In this document: positions 6,472 to 15,620 of the stretch, piece after piece | How positions within the stretch are numbered: position 1 is the first letter of the stretch | Layout of the letters: every line of letters begins with the position of its first letter | Assembly: GCA_039683575.1 (NCBI GenBank) | Contig: JBDKRC010000299.1 | Coordinates: forward strand, 1 to 18,749 | Source: Armatimonadia bacterium | GTDB lineage: Bacteria > Armatimonadota > Zipacnadia > Zipacnadales > UBA11051 | Direction of reading: 5' to 3' | DNA: 18,749 bases | The notes under the pieces: generated by a model | The model's database searches: none | Seen by the model: only the letters and a program-made list of their open reading frames with translations | What the model was told of the DNA's origin: nothing | Made by a program: the position numbers and the translations under genes

Positions 6472-8190
6472 ATGGCCGACGTGGCTTTGCCGGAAGATGC
6501 CGATCATCTCCGAAAAGAGCTGGAAAGATACCGCCTCGTTGTCGGTGATCTCCAAGGTAAGATCGGGAAGCTTGAAGAGGAACTGAGCGCCGCGGCCACC
6601 ATGGCCGAGGTGCCGACGGTCGTTGTCACTCAGCCCGAATTGCGCCAGACCCTATCGCGCCTGATCCGCAAGGTCGCCATGATCGTGCAGGCCGAGAAGG
6701 TCATGTTGATGCTCTACCAGGCCGAAGCCGGTGAGTTCAACGTCCTGCAGCCCGCCCTTGGCGTCACTGAAGAGCAGGCCGGACAGGTCTCACTGCGCGT
6801 CGATCAGGGCATCAGCGGTCTCGTCTTCAGCTCGGGCAAGCCCCTGGTCTATAACGACGCCCTCTCCGATCCCCGCACGGAAAAGTCCAAGATCTCGCTT
6901 CTGCGGGTGCGTAACGGTATCGCCGTTCCTCTGGCTATTCAGCAGCGCGACGAAGAAGAGCGCGTAGTTGACGAGCGCGTCATCGGCGTCATGCACGTCT
7001 TCAACAAGCGCTACGAGCAGGATTTCAACGAAGACGACGTGCGCCTGCTGGAGATGCTGGCCGACCAGGCCGCCGCCGTCATCTCCAATGCCCAGCTTTA
7101 CATTGAGCTGACCGAGAAGAAGCAGGAGCTCGAGGAGACCTTCGAGAGCATCCACTCGGGCGTGATCGTAGTAAGCCCCCGCCAGATGGTGCGCCTGATC
7201 AACCCCGCTGCGTGCCAGATGCTCAATATGACGGTCGCTTCCTATGTTGGGCAGCCCCTCAAGGACGTTGTCACCAACGAGGAGATCCTGAAGCTCTTCC
7301 ATGAGACATGGACCACCGGCAAGGAAGTAACCCGCGAGCTCAACTTCGAGGGCGGCCGGCGCATCTACCAGGCCGAGACCTCGATGATGGGCGACGACAA
7401 CGGCGACACCCACAGCCTCGTGGCTATCTTCAATGACATTACCGAGATCCGCCAGGTCGAGCGCATGAAAACCGCGTTCGTCTCGACGGTTTCTCACGAG
7501 CTTCGCACCCCGCTGACCTCCATCAAGGGCTTCACTGCCACCCTCATTGACGACACCGAGGGCATGTACGACGAAGAGACCCGGATGGAGTTCTACCACA
7601 TCATTGATACGGAGTGCGATCGCCTCACCCGGCTCATCACTGATCTGCTGAACATCTCCCGCATCGAGTCGGGCCGCGGCATTGACATCATTATCTCTGA
7701 TGTCAACCTCCACGATATTGCGGTGCAGGTGACCAAGTCGCAGCAGACGTATACGGACCGCCACAAGGTCTACACGACTATCCCCGAGGACTTCCCGCTA
7801 CTCAAGGCTGATTCAGACAAGATCACCCAGATCCTGGACAACCTCATCGGCAATGCCGTGAAGTACTCGCCGTCCGGTGGCGACGTCGTGGTCGCGGCCG
7901 AAGATGAGGGTAGCACCATCCGCCTGGATATCAGTGACCAGGGGCTTGGCATCCCGGAGCACCACCGGGACAAGATCTTCCAGCGCTTCCACATGGTGGA
8001 TGACGACGTGGATCACAAGGCTGTCAAGGGCACCGGCATCGGCCTGTACCTGGTCAAGCACCTGGCGCAAGCCCACGGCGGTGACGTCTTCCTGTCGAGT
8101 TCAGAGGTAGGGAAGGGCTCAACCTTCAGCGTTCGCCTGCCCAAGCAGCCGAAGGTGGATGAGAAGGCGGCTCAGGCCATCGGCCGGTAG
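6472..8190 (+). CDS. Soluble sensor histidine kinase (coiled coil-GAF-PAS-HisKA-HATPase), WalK/PhoR-type core
   Basis: GAF (IAVPL...IGVMHVFNK...FNEDDVRLLEMLADQAA), PAS (SIHSGVIVV...INPAA), H-box FVSTVSHELRTPLTSIKG, N-box NLIGNAVKY, G1 DQGLGI, F-box IFQRF, G2 GTGIGL. GGAG RBS; no transmembrane helix seen. Confidence 0.95.
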   Translation: MADVALPEDADHLRKELERYRLVVGDLQGKIGKLEEELSAAATMAEVPTVVVTQPELRQTLSRLIRKVAMIVQAEKVMLMLYQAEAGEFNVLQPALGVTEEQAGQVSLRVDQGISGLVFSSGKPLVYNDALSDPRTEKSKISLLRVRNGIAVPLAIQQRDEEERVVDERVIGVMHVFNKRYEQDFNEDDVRLLEMLADQAAAVISNAQLYIELTEKKQELEETFESIHSGVIVVSPRQMVRLINPAACQMLNMTVASYVGQPLKDVVTNEEILKLFHETWTTGKEVTRELNFEGGRRIYQAETSMMGDDNGDTHSLVAIFNDITEIRQVERMKTAFVSTVSHELRTPLTSIKGFTATLIDDTEGMYDEETRMEFYHIIDTECDRLTRLITDLLNISRIESGRGIDIIISDVNLHDIAVQVTKSQQTYTDRHKVYTTIPEDFPLLKADSDKITQILDNLIGNAVKYSPSGGDVVVAAEDEGSTIRLDISDQGLGIPEHHRDKIFQRFHMVDDDVDHKAVKGTGIGLYLVKHLAQAHGGDVFLSSSEVGKGSTFSVRLPKQPKVDEKAAQAIGR

Positions 8191-8253
8191 TAGCCCCAAC
8201 GCCGATTTTTGACAGCAAGCCTGGCCCAGAGTTGCTGAGCAGCATTCCAAAAG

Positions 8254-8292
8254 TCATATTGGCCTCCTGACGTCGGGGGGCCATTTATATGA
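8254..8292 (+). terminator. Intergenic hairpin, possible weak terminator or regulatory stem before rpiB
   Basis: GGCCTCCTG-ACGT-CGGGGGGCC stem (8261-8282) followed by ATTTAT, with outer TCATAT/ATATGA arms. Confidence 0.35.
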
Positions 8293-8307
8293 GTGGTGGT
8301 CGTCGAG

Positions 8308-8751
8308 ATGAAGATCGCAATCGGCTGTGACCATGGCGGGTTCTCGCTCAAGGGAGAGGTCATCGAGGTCATCGAGAGTCTCGGGCATGAGATATTGGAT
8401 CTTGGCACCTGCAGCCTCGAGCCAGTCGACTACGTTGACTTCGCAGTGAGTGTGGCAAACGCCGTGGCTTCAGGCCAGGCTGACCTCGGTGTCCTGACCT
8501 GCGGCACCGGCATTGGCATGAGCATCGCAGCCAACAAGATCACCGGCGCCTACGCCGCGCGTGCCGAGGACTGCTACAGCGCCCGGATGGCACGGCTCCA
8601 CAATGGCGCGAACATACTCTGCATCGGTGCGCGCACCACTGGGCCGGAGCTGGCCAAGGAAGCACTTCGCACTTTTCTCACTACCGAACCTTCGCCCGAG
8701 GAACGCCATGCGCGCCGGCGGGCCAAGATTCGGGCACTGGAAGCCAAATAA
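8308..8751 (+). CDS. rpiB: Ribose-5-phosphate isomerase B
   Basis: MKIAIGCDHGG, VDYVDF, CGTGIGMSIAANK, HNGANILCIGAR and RHARR. ATG at 8308. Confidence 0.95.
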   Translation: MKIAIGCDHGGFSLKGEVIEVIESLGHEILDLGTCSLEPVDYVDFAVSVANAVASGQADLGVLTCGTGIGMSIAANKITGAYAARAEDCYSARMARLHNGANILCIGARTTGPELAKEALRTFLTTEPSPEERHARRRAKIRALEAK

Positions 8752-9297
8752 ATGAGCAGCGACCCCCAGCCAGAAGTGCCGGATACCGCGCCGGATCAGC
8801 CGCGCTGCGACGTCCTGGACCACACGGAGCGGCCGAAGTGGGATGACTACTTCATGGAGATCGCTCATGTGGTGGCCAAGCGCTCGACCTGCCTGAGGCG
8901 GCAGGTCGGCTGTGTGTTAGTGGCCGAGCGTCGTCTGCTTGCGACCGGCTATAACGGCCCCCCGCAGGGCCTCGCACACTGCGAGGACCTGGGCGGCTGC
9001 CTGCGCGAGCAACTTGGCATTCCCCGCGGCCAGCGCCAGGAGGTCTGCCGGGCGCTTCACGCCGAACAGAATGCGATCATCCAGGCAGCCGTACATGGTG
9101 TGTCGCTGCAGGGCGAGGTCGTCAGCTATACCCTGACTCAACCATGTGTCACCTGCGCCAAGATGATGGTGAACGCCGGCATCCGCCGCATCGTTTACCG
9201 TGACTGCTACCCCGATGAGTTGGCGCAGCAAATCCTGGCCGAGGCGGGCGTGGAACTTGTGCAGTGGCGGGCCCCTGAGGAGCGCGAAGCCCGGTGA
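8752..9297 (+). CDS. Deoxycytidylate (dCMP) deaminase family protein (ComEB-like)
   Basis: [28 protein letters not shown], and zinc motifs HAEQNA and PCVTC. Abuts the rpiB stop (TAAATG). Confidence 0.93.
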   Translation: MSSDPQPEVPDTAPDQPRCDVLDHTERPKWDDYFMEIAHVVAKRSTCLRRQVGCVLVAERRLLATGYNGPPQGLAHCEDLGGCLREQLGIPRGQRQEVCRALHAEQNAIIQAAVHGVSLQGEVVSYTLTQPCVTCAKMMVNAGIRRIVYRDCYPDELAQQILAEAGVELVQWRAPEEREAR

Positions 9298-10256
9298 CTT
9301 TGGCCCTGACGGGACTGGCTGTAGCCGCGGCAATCGCCGCGGCGCTGACGTGGCCCGTGCGCGCGCTCGCCTTCAAGCTGGGGGCCGTCGCGCAGCCGGG
9401 TGGCCGCCGCATCCACCAGAAACCGACCGCTCAGGCGGGGGGCCTTGCGATCTACATCGGGTTCTGGGCGGCGCTTCTTCTCCTGGTGCACCCGTTGCCG
9501 CACGGCGTCGTCGGGATGTTCATCGGCTCGCTCGTGCTGCTGGTCATCTGCCTGATTGATGACATCAAGAATCTTCCGGCCGTGCCGCGCTTGTTTGGAC
9601 AGCTCGCCGTCGCGGTGATCGCCTACTACGGCGGCGTGCGCATCGAAGGCCTCACCAGCCCGCTCAGTGCCTTCAGCGGCGGCTATCATTACGTGCCGCT
9701 CGACTGGCTCTCGGCGCCTCTGACGATCCTCTGGATCATGGGCATCACCAACGCCATGAACTGGCTTGACGGCCTCGACGGCCTTGTGGCGGGTGTCGCC
9801 GCGATGGCGGGTCTGACCGTCATGGTGGGTGCCGCAACCACGGGCTCTCCCTTTGTGGCCATCGCCGGTGGCGCAGTGGCCGGGGCCTGCCTGGGATTCC
9901 TGCCCTTCAATTTCAATCCGGCCAAGATCTTCATGGGCGATACCGGGGCCATGTTTCTCGGCTACATACTGGCGTGCATCTCCGTGATCGGCCCCTTCAA
10001 GAGCACCACGGCCATCGCTGTGCTCGTGCCGCTGCTTGTTCTGGGCGTGCCGATCTTCGATACGACCACCGCGATCGCTCGCCGTCTGCGCGAGGGACGC
10101 TCGCCGCTTTCGGCTGACCGCGGACACATCCATCACCGGCTGATAGACAGCGGGATGAGTGTCCGCCAGGCCGTGCTGTTCATCTATCTGCTCACCGGAA
10201 TTCTCTGTCTTGTGGCGCTCGCACTGTGGCGCTGGAGGTATGGCGGCAATGTCTGA
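9294..10256 (+). CDS. tagO: Undecaprenyl-phosphate GlcNAc-1-phosphate transferase (WecA/TagO, MraY-like family)
   Basis: Polytopic membrane protein with RRIH..P...[35 protein letters not shown] and [13 protein letters not shown] overlap with the upstream stop. Confidence 0.9.
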   Translation: MTLALTGLAVAAAIAAALTWPVRALAFKLGAVAQPGGRRIHQKPTAQAGGLAIYIGFWAALLLLVHPLPHGVVGMFIGSLVLLVICLIDDIKNLPAVPRLFGQLAVAVIAYYGGVRIEGLTSPLSAFSGGYHYVPLDWLSAPLTILWIMGITNAMNWLDGLDGLVAGVAAMAGLTVMVGAATTGSPFVAIAGGAVAGACLGFLPFNFNPAKIFMGDTGAMFLGYILACISVIGPFKSTTAIAVLVPLLVLGVPIFDTTTAIARRLREGRSPLSADRGHIHHRLIDSGMSVRQAVLFIYLLTGILCLVALALWRWRYGGNV

Positions 10257-11409
10257 GCCGACAATCGCGCTCGTCTTCGGTACGAGGCCTGAAGCCATCA
10301 AACTGGCGCCCGTCTACCAGGAACTCAAGCGGCGCAATCGCGCGGTGCAGGTCATCGTGACCGCACAGCACCGTGGCCTGCTTGACCAGATGCTTCAGGT
10401 CTTCGACATGCAGGCCGACGTGGACCTGGACATCATGCAAGAAGGCCAGTCACTCGCGCAGATCACCTCGCGGGCCCTCACGGGGCTGCAGGAGACCTTC
10501 GCGCGGATGCGGCCCGATGTGGTGATGGTGCAGGGCGACACGACCACAGTTCTCGGCGGGGCACTCGCAGCGTTCTACGAGCGCATCCCGGTAGCGCACG
10601 TCGAAGCGGGCTTGCGCACGCAGGACAAGTTTTCACCCTATCCCGAAGAGATCAACCGCCGCTTGACCGATGTCATCAGCGACGTCTACCTCGCGGCCAC
10701 TCGCCGCGCGCGCCACAACCTGCTGGGTGAGGGCGTGCCGTCTTCGTCGGTGTACATTACCGGCAATCCGGTAGTGGACGCCCTGCGCTCAGTGGTTGAC
10801 AAGGGCCTGGACTTGCCTGGTAATCTCAAGTGGATCGAGAACCTTGAGGGACGCCTGATTCTGGTCACGTCACACCGGCGTGAGAACCTTGGCGTCCCCT
10901 TCAGCCGTATCTGCCAGGCGCTGCAGGAGATCGTCGAGCGCCACCCGGATGTCACGGTGCTCTGGCCCCTGCATCCCAATCCCCTGGTCACCAAGGCCGC
11001 GCACGAACTACTTGACGGTGTTGAGCGTATTGTCCTGACCGACCCGCTCGACTACCTCGGTTTTGTGCCTGTCATGGCGCAGGCCGACCTGATTATCACT
11101 GACTCCGGCGGCGTGCAGGAAGAAGCCCCGGCGCTGGGCGTGCCGGTGCTCGTTACTCGCGACACGACTGAGCGGCCCGAAGGTGTGGATGCGGGCGTGG
11201 CGAAGCTGGTGGGCACGGAGACCGATGTCGTCGTCACGGAGGCTTCTCAGCTACTGGCCAGTCCCGCGGAATACTCGCGAATGGCCGAGGCAGGTTGCCC
11301 ATACGGTGACGGGCAGGCGGCGGGACGCATCATTGATGCCGTGGACCATTTCCTCGGTGCCCGCGCCGACCGCCCGGCCGACTTTGAGTGGGAGCCTCGC
11401 GCGCTATAA
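10249..11409 (+). CDS. wecB: UDP-N-acetylglucosamine 2-epimerase (non-hydrolysing)
   Basis: FGTRPEAIKLAP, TAQHR, VQGDTTT, HVEAGLRT, PEEINR, TSHRREN, TDSGGVQEEAP, TERPEG and PYGDG. GGAGG at 10234-10238, ATG 10249. Confidence 0.95.
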   Translation: MSEPTIALVFGTRPEAIKLAPVYQELKRRNRAVQVIVTAQHRGLLDQMLQVFDMQADVDLDIMQEGQSLAQITSRALTGLQETFARMRPDVVMVQGDTTTVLGGALAAFYERIPVAHVEAGLRTQDKFSPYPEEINRRLTDVISDVYLAATRRARHNLLGEGVPSSSVYITGNPVVDALRSVVDKGLDLPGNLKWIENLEGRLILVTSHRRENLGVPFSRICQALQEIVERHPDVTVLWPLHPNPLVTKAAHELLDGVERIVLTDPLDYLGFVPVMAQADLIITDSGGVQEEAPALGVPVLVTRDTTERPEGVDAGVAKLVGTETDVVVTEASQLLASPAEYSRMAEAGCPYGDGQAAGRIIDAVDHFLGARADRPADFEWEPRAL

Positions 11410-12242
11410 TGACTCATGAGATCGTCTCCTGGTGGGCAGCTTTGTTGCTCGCCTTCGTCCAGGGCGCTACAGAATTCATCCCGGTATCAAGCTCCGGTCA
11501 TCTCGTGATCATCTCGGACCTGCTGGGCATGGATGAGCTCCCTGTGGCCTTCGCGGTGGTTGTTCACCTCGGTACCCTCGTGGCCGTAATGCTGTACATG
11601 CGTCGCGAAATAATCGCGATTTTCTCAGGTGGGGAGGTAGAGGGGGCGCCGGGGGAGAAGATATCTGCCCGGCGGCTCTGGCTGCCGCTTTTTATTGGCA
11701 CGATTCCGGCGGTCGTTCTCGGCTTCGCCTTCAAAGATCTGATCGAGTTCATGTTCGGTGCGCCCCTGTGTGTCGGCGTGATTCTCCTGTTGACCGCTCT
11801 GGTGCTGTGGCTCGCGGACCGCTCCGCAAAGCATGCTCGTCAGGAACCCATCACCTGGCAGCGCGGCTTGTTTATCGGCCTGGGGCAGGCTGCCTCGGCG
11901 CTTCTGCGCGGGCTTTCCCGCTCCGGGACCACGATCTCGGTTGGGCTTGCCTGCGGCTTGTCCAGAGAGATGGCTGCCAAGTTCTCGTTCCTGCTCTCGA
12001 CCATCGCCATCGGCGGAGCAGGGCTGTGGGAAGCCAAAGACATTGCCGAAAATCCGTTGCCTCCCGGGCAGCTTCCGGTATATCTGGTCGGCGGCCTGGT
12101 GGCGGCAGCGGTCGGGTATATTTCGATCTACTTTGTGATGGATACCGTTAAGCACGGGAGTCTTTTCAAGCGCTTTGGCTACTATTGTGTTGTTCTGTCG
12201 GTGTTCACGATCATCGGCAGTTTAACTGGATATCTGGGTTGA
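11409..12242 (+). CDS. uppP: Undecaprenyl-diphosphate phosphatase (BacA/UppP)
   Basis: VQGATEFIPVSSSGH, HLGT, GLSRSGTTI and AAKFSFLL. TAATG translational coupling with wecB. Confidence 0.93.
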   Translation: MTHEIVSWWAALLLAFVQGATEFIPVSSSGHLVIISDLLGMDELPVAFAVVVHLGTLVAVMLYMRREIIAIFSGGEVEGAPGEKISARRLWLPLFIGTIPAVVLGFAFKDLIEFMFGAPLCVGVILLLTALVLWLADRSAKHARQEPITWQRGLFIGLGQAASALLRGLSRSGTTISVGLACGLSREMAAKFSFLLSTIAIGGAGLWEAKDIAENPLPPGQLPVYLVGGLVAAAVGYISIYFVMDTVKHGSLFKRFGYYCVVLSVFTIIGSLTGYLG

Positions 12243-12292
12243 TGATTTAGTCCGGCCCATGATGTTTCATACTCCAAGGGAGGAGAGAGAAC

Positions 12293-14566
12293 GTGCCGAC
12301 CTCAACTTTGCCGTTCGGACCATTTGAGTTTTACTCAATGATCGCCGTCTTGGTCTGTGGCGTAATCGGTCTGATGTATGCGCTGCACCTGCGCAAGCAG
12401 ACCCTGGCCATGGATCAGGGCACTGAGAAGATGAAGCAGATCGCGGGACAAATCCAGGAGGGTGCCTATGCCTACCTGAATCGCCAGTTCCGCACCATCG
12501 GCGTCATCGTAGTAGTCCTGTTTGTCGCGCTGTTTCTGAGCGCGTGGGGGAACTGGTATATCGCCTTCGGGCGCGCCATCGCTTTCGTATTGGGTTGTTT
12601 CGCTTCCGGTTATACCGGCTACATGGGTATGACCCTGGCGGTGCAGGGCAATGTCCGCTGCGCCAATGCCGCCCGGACCAGCCTCGCCGATTCGATGCGG
12701 GTCGCTTTCCGCAGCGGCGCGGTGGCCGGGATGTTCACTGTGACCATGGGTCTCGTCGGCGCCGTGGTCATCTTCATGATCTACAGAGAATTCGCGACTG
12801 AAGTCCTCCTGGGCTTTGGCTTCGGTGGCAGCCTTCTGGCCCTCTTCATGCGGGTTGGCGGCGGCATCTTCACCAAAGCCGCGGACGTCGGCGCCGACCT
12901 CGTAGGTAAGGTCGAAGCCGGCATCCCCGAGGACGATCCTCGCAACGCCGCGGTTATCGCCGACCAGGTCGGAGACAACGTTGGCGACTGCGCCGGAATG
13001 GCCGCCGACATCTTCGAGTCCTACGAGGTCACCCTCGTTGCCAGCATGATCCTGGCGCTGGCCCACGAGGACAAGAAGGTCGCCCTCACGTGGATCATCT
13101 TCCCGCTCCTCATTCGCGGTATCGGCGTACTGACGTCCATGTTCGGCATCAGCATCGTCAAGTCCCGCACTGACGACGAGCATCCCATGAAGCCCATCAC
13201 CCGTGGCTTCGTCGGCTCGGCCATTCTCTCGGCCGTGGGCTTCTTCATCGTTGCCCAGTTCTACGCCCACGACATGCGCCTGTTCGCCGCGACGATCTCC
13301 GGTCTGGTGCTCGCGCTTGCCATGTACAAGCTCACCGAGTACTACACCTCCACCGAGTTCGCGCCCGTCAAGTCCGTCGCGCGTTCGACGCAGACCGGTA
13401 GCGCCACCACGATCCTCACCGGCTTCGCCGAGGGTCTGGAAAGCTCCGTCTACTCGCTGCTCGTCATCTGCGCTTCGGTCTTCGTGTCCATCCTGGTCTT
13501 CGGCCGCGGCGCAAGTGCGGTTGAGATCCTCTATGGCGTCTCCCTGTGTGGTCTCGGTATGCTGACCACCACTGGCGTCATCATCTCCATGGACACCTAT
13601 GGTCCGATCTCCGACAACGCCCAGGGCATCACCGAGATGTCCGGCGCTGAGGGCGGCAAGAACGTCGAGATCCTCGACGCCGTAGGTAACACCACCAAAG
13701 CTGCGACCAAGGGTATTGCTATCGCTTCGGCGGTTATCGCAGCCATTGCCCTGTACGGCTCCTACCTCTCGAAGGTTGCTGCTGGAGTCGCAGGCGGCGC
13801 GGCCGGTGAGGCCGTCAGCGCGTCAGCTCTGGAGCAGTTCTCGATCCAGATTGACAAGCCGCACATCTTCATCGGCCTGCTGATCGGTGGCGCCATGCCC
13901 TTCCTGTTCAGCGCCATGACGATCCGCGCGGTCTCGCGAGCGGCCTTCTACATCATCAATGAAGTCCGCCGGCAGTTCCGCGAGATCCCTGGCCTCATGG
14001 AGGGCAAGGAAGGCGTCATGCCCGAGTCCGGTAAGGTCGTGGACATCTGCACCGCCTCGGCCATCCGCGAGCTCGTCGCCCCCGGCATTCTCGCCGTCCT
14101 CTCGCCGATCATCGTTGGCTGCTGGTTCGGTTGGGAAGGCCTCGGCGGCTTCCTCGCCGGTATCATCGTCACGGGTCAGCTGATGGCGGTCCTGATGTGC
14201 AACGCCGGTGGCGCCTGGGACAATGCCAAGAAGTCCATCGAAGATGGCCTCTATGGCGGCAAGGGTTCCGAGGCTCACAAGGCCGCAGTCGTTGGCGACA
14301 CCGTTGGCGATCCCTTTAAGGACACCGCTGGCCCGGCCGTCAACCCGTTGATCAAGGTCATGAACATGGTCGGTCTGCTCATCGCCCCGCTCATCGTGAA
14401 ATACTCGAGCGGCATTGAGCGCACCGAGCCTGGCATTGGCCTGGCCATCGGCGGCGTCGTACTCGCCGCGATCGTAGCCTGGGCGCTGATTCACTCCAAG
14501 AAGGAAAGCGCCGAGGTTCAGCAGGTTGAGACCGAGCTCGAGCAGATCTCGTCCAAGGGCGCGTAA
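12293..14566 (+). CDS. hppA: Membrane-bound proton-translocating pyrophosphatase, predicted K+-independent
   Basis: [62 protein letters not shown] and [19 protein letters not shown] with GTG start. Confidence 0.96.
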   Translation: MPTSTLPFGPFEFYSMIAVLVCGVIGLMYALHLRKQTLAMDQGTEKMKQIAGQIQEGAYAYLNRQFRTIGVIVVVLFVALFLSAWGNWYIAFGRAIAFVLGCFASGYTGYMGMTLAVQGNVRCANAARTSLADSMRVAFRSGAVAGMFTVTMGLVGAVVIFMIYREFATEVLLGFGFGGSLLALFMRVGGGIFTKAADVGADLVGKVEAGIPEDDPRNAAVIADQVGDNVGDCAGMAADIFESYEVTLVASMILALAHEDKKVALTWIIFPLLIRGIGVLTSMFGISIVKSRTDDEHPMKPITRGFVGSAILSAVGFFIVAQFYAHDMRLFAATISGLVLALAMYKLTEYYTSTEFAPVKSVARSTQTGSATTILTGFAEGLESSVYSLLVICASVFVSILVFGRGASAVEILYGVSLCGLGMLTTTGVIISMDTYGPISDNAQGITEMSGAEGGKNVEILDAVGNTTKAATKGIAIASAVIAAIALYGSYLSKVAAGVAGGAAGEAVSASALEQFSIQIDKPHIFIGLLIGGAMPFLFSAMTIRAVSRAAFYIINEVRRQFREIPGLMEGKEGVMPESGKVVDICTASAIRELVAPGILAVLSPIIVGCWFGWEGLGGFLAGIIVTGQLMAVLMCNAGGAWDNAKKSIEDGLYGGKGSEAHKAAVVGDTVGDPFKDTAGPAVNPLIKVMNMVGLLIAPLIVKYSSGIERTEPGIGLAIGGVVLAAIVAWALIHSKKESAEVQQVETELEQISSKGA

Positions 14567-14590
14567 GCGCACGACTGCTGAGGAAAAACG

Positions 14591-14627
14591 AATGGCCCCG
14601 CCCGGTCTAACCAGGCGGGGCCATTTT
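14591..14627 (+). terminator. Rho-independent terminator after hppA
   Basis: AATGGCCCCGCC-C-GGT-CTA-ACC-A-GGCGGGGCCATT followed by TT, with an A-run upstream. Confidence 0.75.
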
Positions 14628-14644
14628 GCACAGGAGCTGTCGCA

Positions 14645-15586
14645 ATGGGTCATGCGTCAGTCCGTCCTGCCACTCTCGAAGACACAGCGGCCATCTGTGG
14701 CATCCATTGCAGCAATGTTGCCGAGTGGTTCCGCCGGCTGCCCGATGGCACAAGGCAGGCTGCGGAGTACTCCGAGCTTACTGTCCGGGAGCGGTTTGCC
14801 CTGGGCGGGCCATGGATGAGCCCCGAGACCTGCCAGATTCACCTGATGAACATGCTCGACTGCGGCGCGCACGTTCTCGTGGCGGAGGTGGGGGGGAGAA
14901 CCCTCGCGACTGCGGAAATCTTCATCGGAGACGAGCCAGCCCCCTTCGCACGCAACGCCCACCTCTCGATTCTGTACGTCCACGCCCGCCATCATCGTCG
15001 GGGTCTCGGCAGCGCGCTCATGGACGCTGCTCTCCAGTTGGCCACCAAGGCCGGCTGCGACACCTTCTCGACCTCCCCCGATGATGAAGCCCTGGACTTC
15101 TACCGCCGCTTCGACCTCGGCCCATTCCATACACAGCCAGAGCTTGAAATCGCTCTGCCGCCGACGTTGCCCCGCATGGAGACTAGACCAGCCAGAGCAA
15201 CCGAATACCCCGGCGGAAATGCCCTAATGCGCCTCGGCCGCTACCAGAGCTCCCGCCAGGAGTGGGAGCAGAATTTCTGGCCGCCGTACCCTCCGGAGTT
15301 GGGCCTGCGCGGGCGGGACATCGTGAAGATCGCCAGGGACAGCCGGTTGATAGTTGCCTGCAGCCCCACCTTCAGCGATCCGACTAAGGCGATCGTCCAG
15401 GCGTGGGCCCCGCCCGATATGCGGCTCAGTGAAGTGGCTGCTGCGGCCCTGGCCGAAGCGGCCGCTGCCGGCTTTCGCACCGCCACGACCCTCGCGTCGT
15501 GCGCTGGGGCGAAGATGCTCAAGCAGCGGTTTGGCGCTGTGGAGACCGCACAGTGGGAACTGTGGGCAATGGGCCTGGCGGGCTAG
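14645..15586 (+). CDS. GNAT-family N-acetyltransferase with an additional C-terminal domain
   Basis: VRPATLED, motif A LYVHARHHRRGLGSALM and ALDFYRRF. AGGAG RBS. Confidence 0.85.
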   Translation: MGHASVRPATLEDTAAICGIHCSNVAEWFRRLPDGTRQAAEYSELTVRERFALGGPWMSPETCQIHLMNMLDCGAHVLVAEVGGRTLATAEIFIGDEPAPFARNAHLSILYVHARHHRRGLGSALMDAALQLATKAGCDTFSTSPDDEALDFYRRFDLGPFHTQPELEIALPPTLPRMETRPARATEYPGGNALMRLGRYQSSRQEWEQNFWPPYPPELGLRGRDIVKIARDSRLIVACSPTFSDPTKAIVQAWAPPDMRLSEVAAAALAEAAAAGFRTATTLASCAGAKMLKQRFGAVETAQWELWAMGLAG

Positions 15587-15620
15587 ATCGCCGCGCCGGG
15601 TACAGTGTGCCTACCGGCCG

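Noticed and set aside
8209-8240. TTGACA as the -35 box of an rpiB promoter
   Set aside because: No acceptable -10 hexamer at 16-18 nt spacing.
6790-14653. Long antisense ORFs (6790-7764, 9207-10301, 12335-13270, 13823-14653)
   Set aside because: They lie opposite well-supported genes and are typical stop-poor shadow frames of high-GC coding DNA, with no recognisable motifs.
15607-15618. 12-nt match GTGCCTACCGGC shared with the REP spacer at 4802-4813
   Set aside because: Too short to distinguish from chance in GC-rich DNA, and no accompanying REP hairpin.
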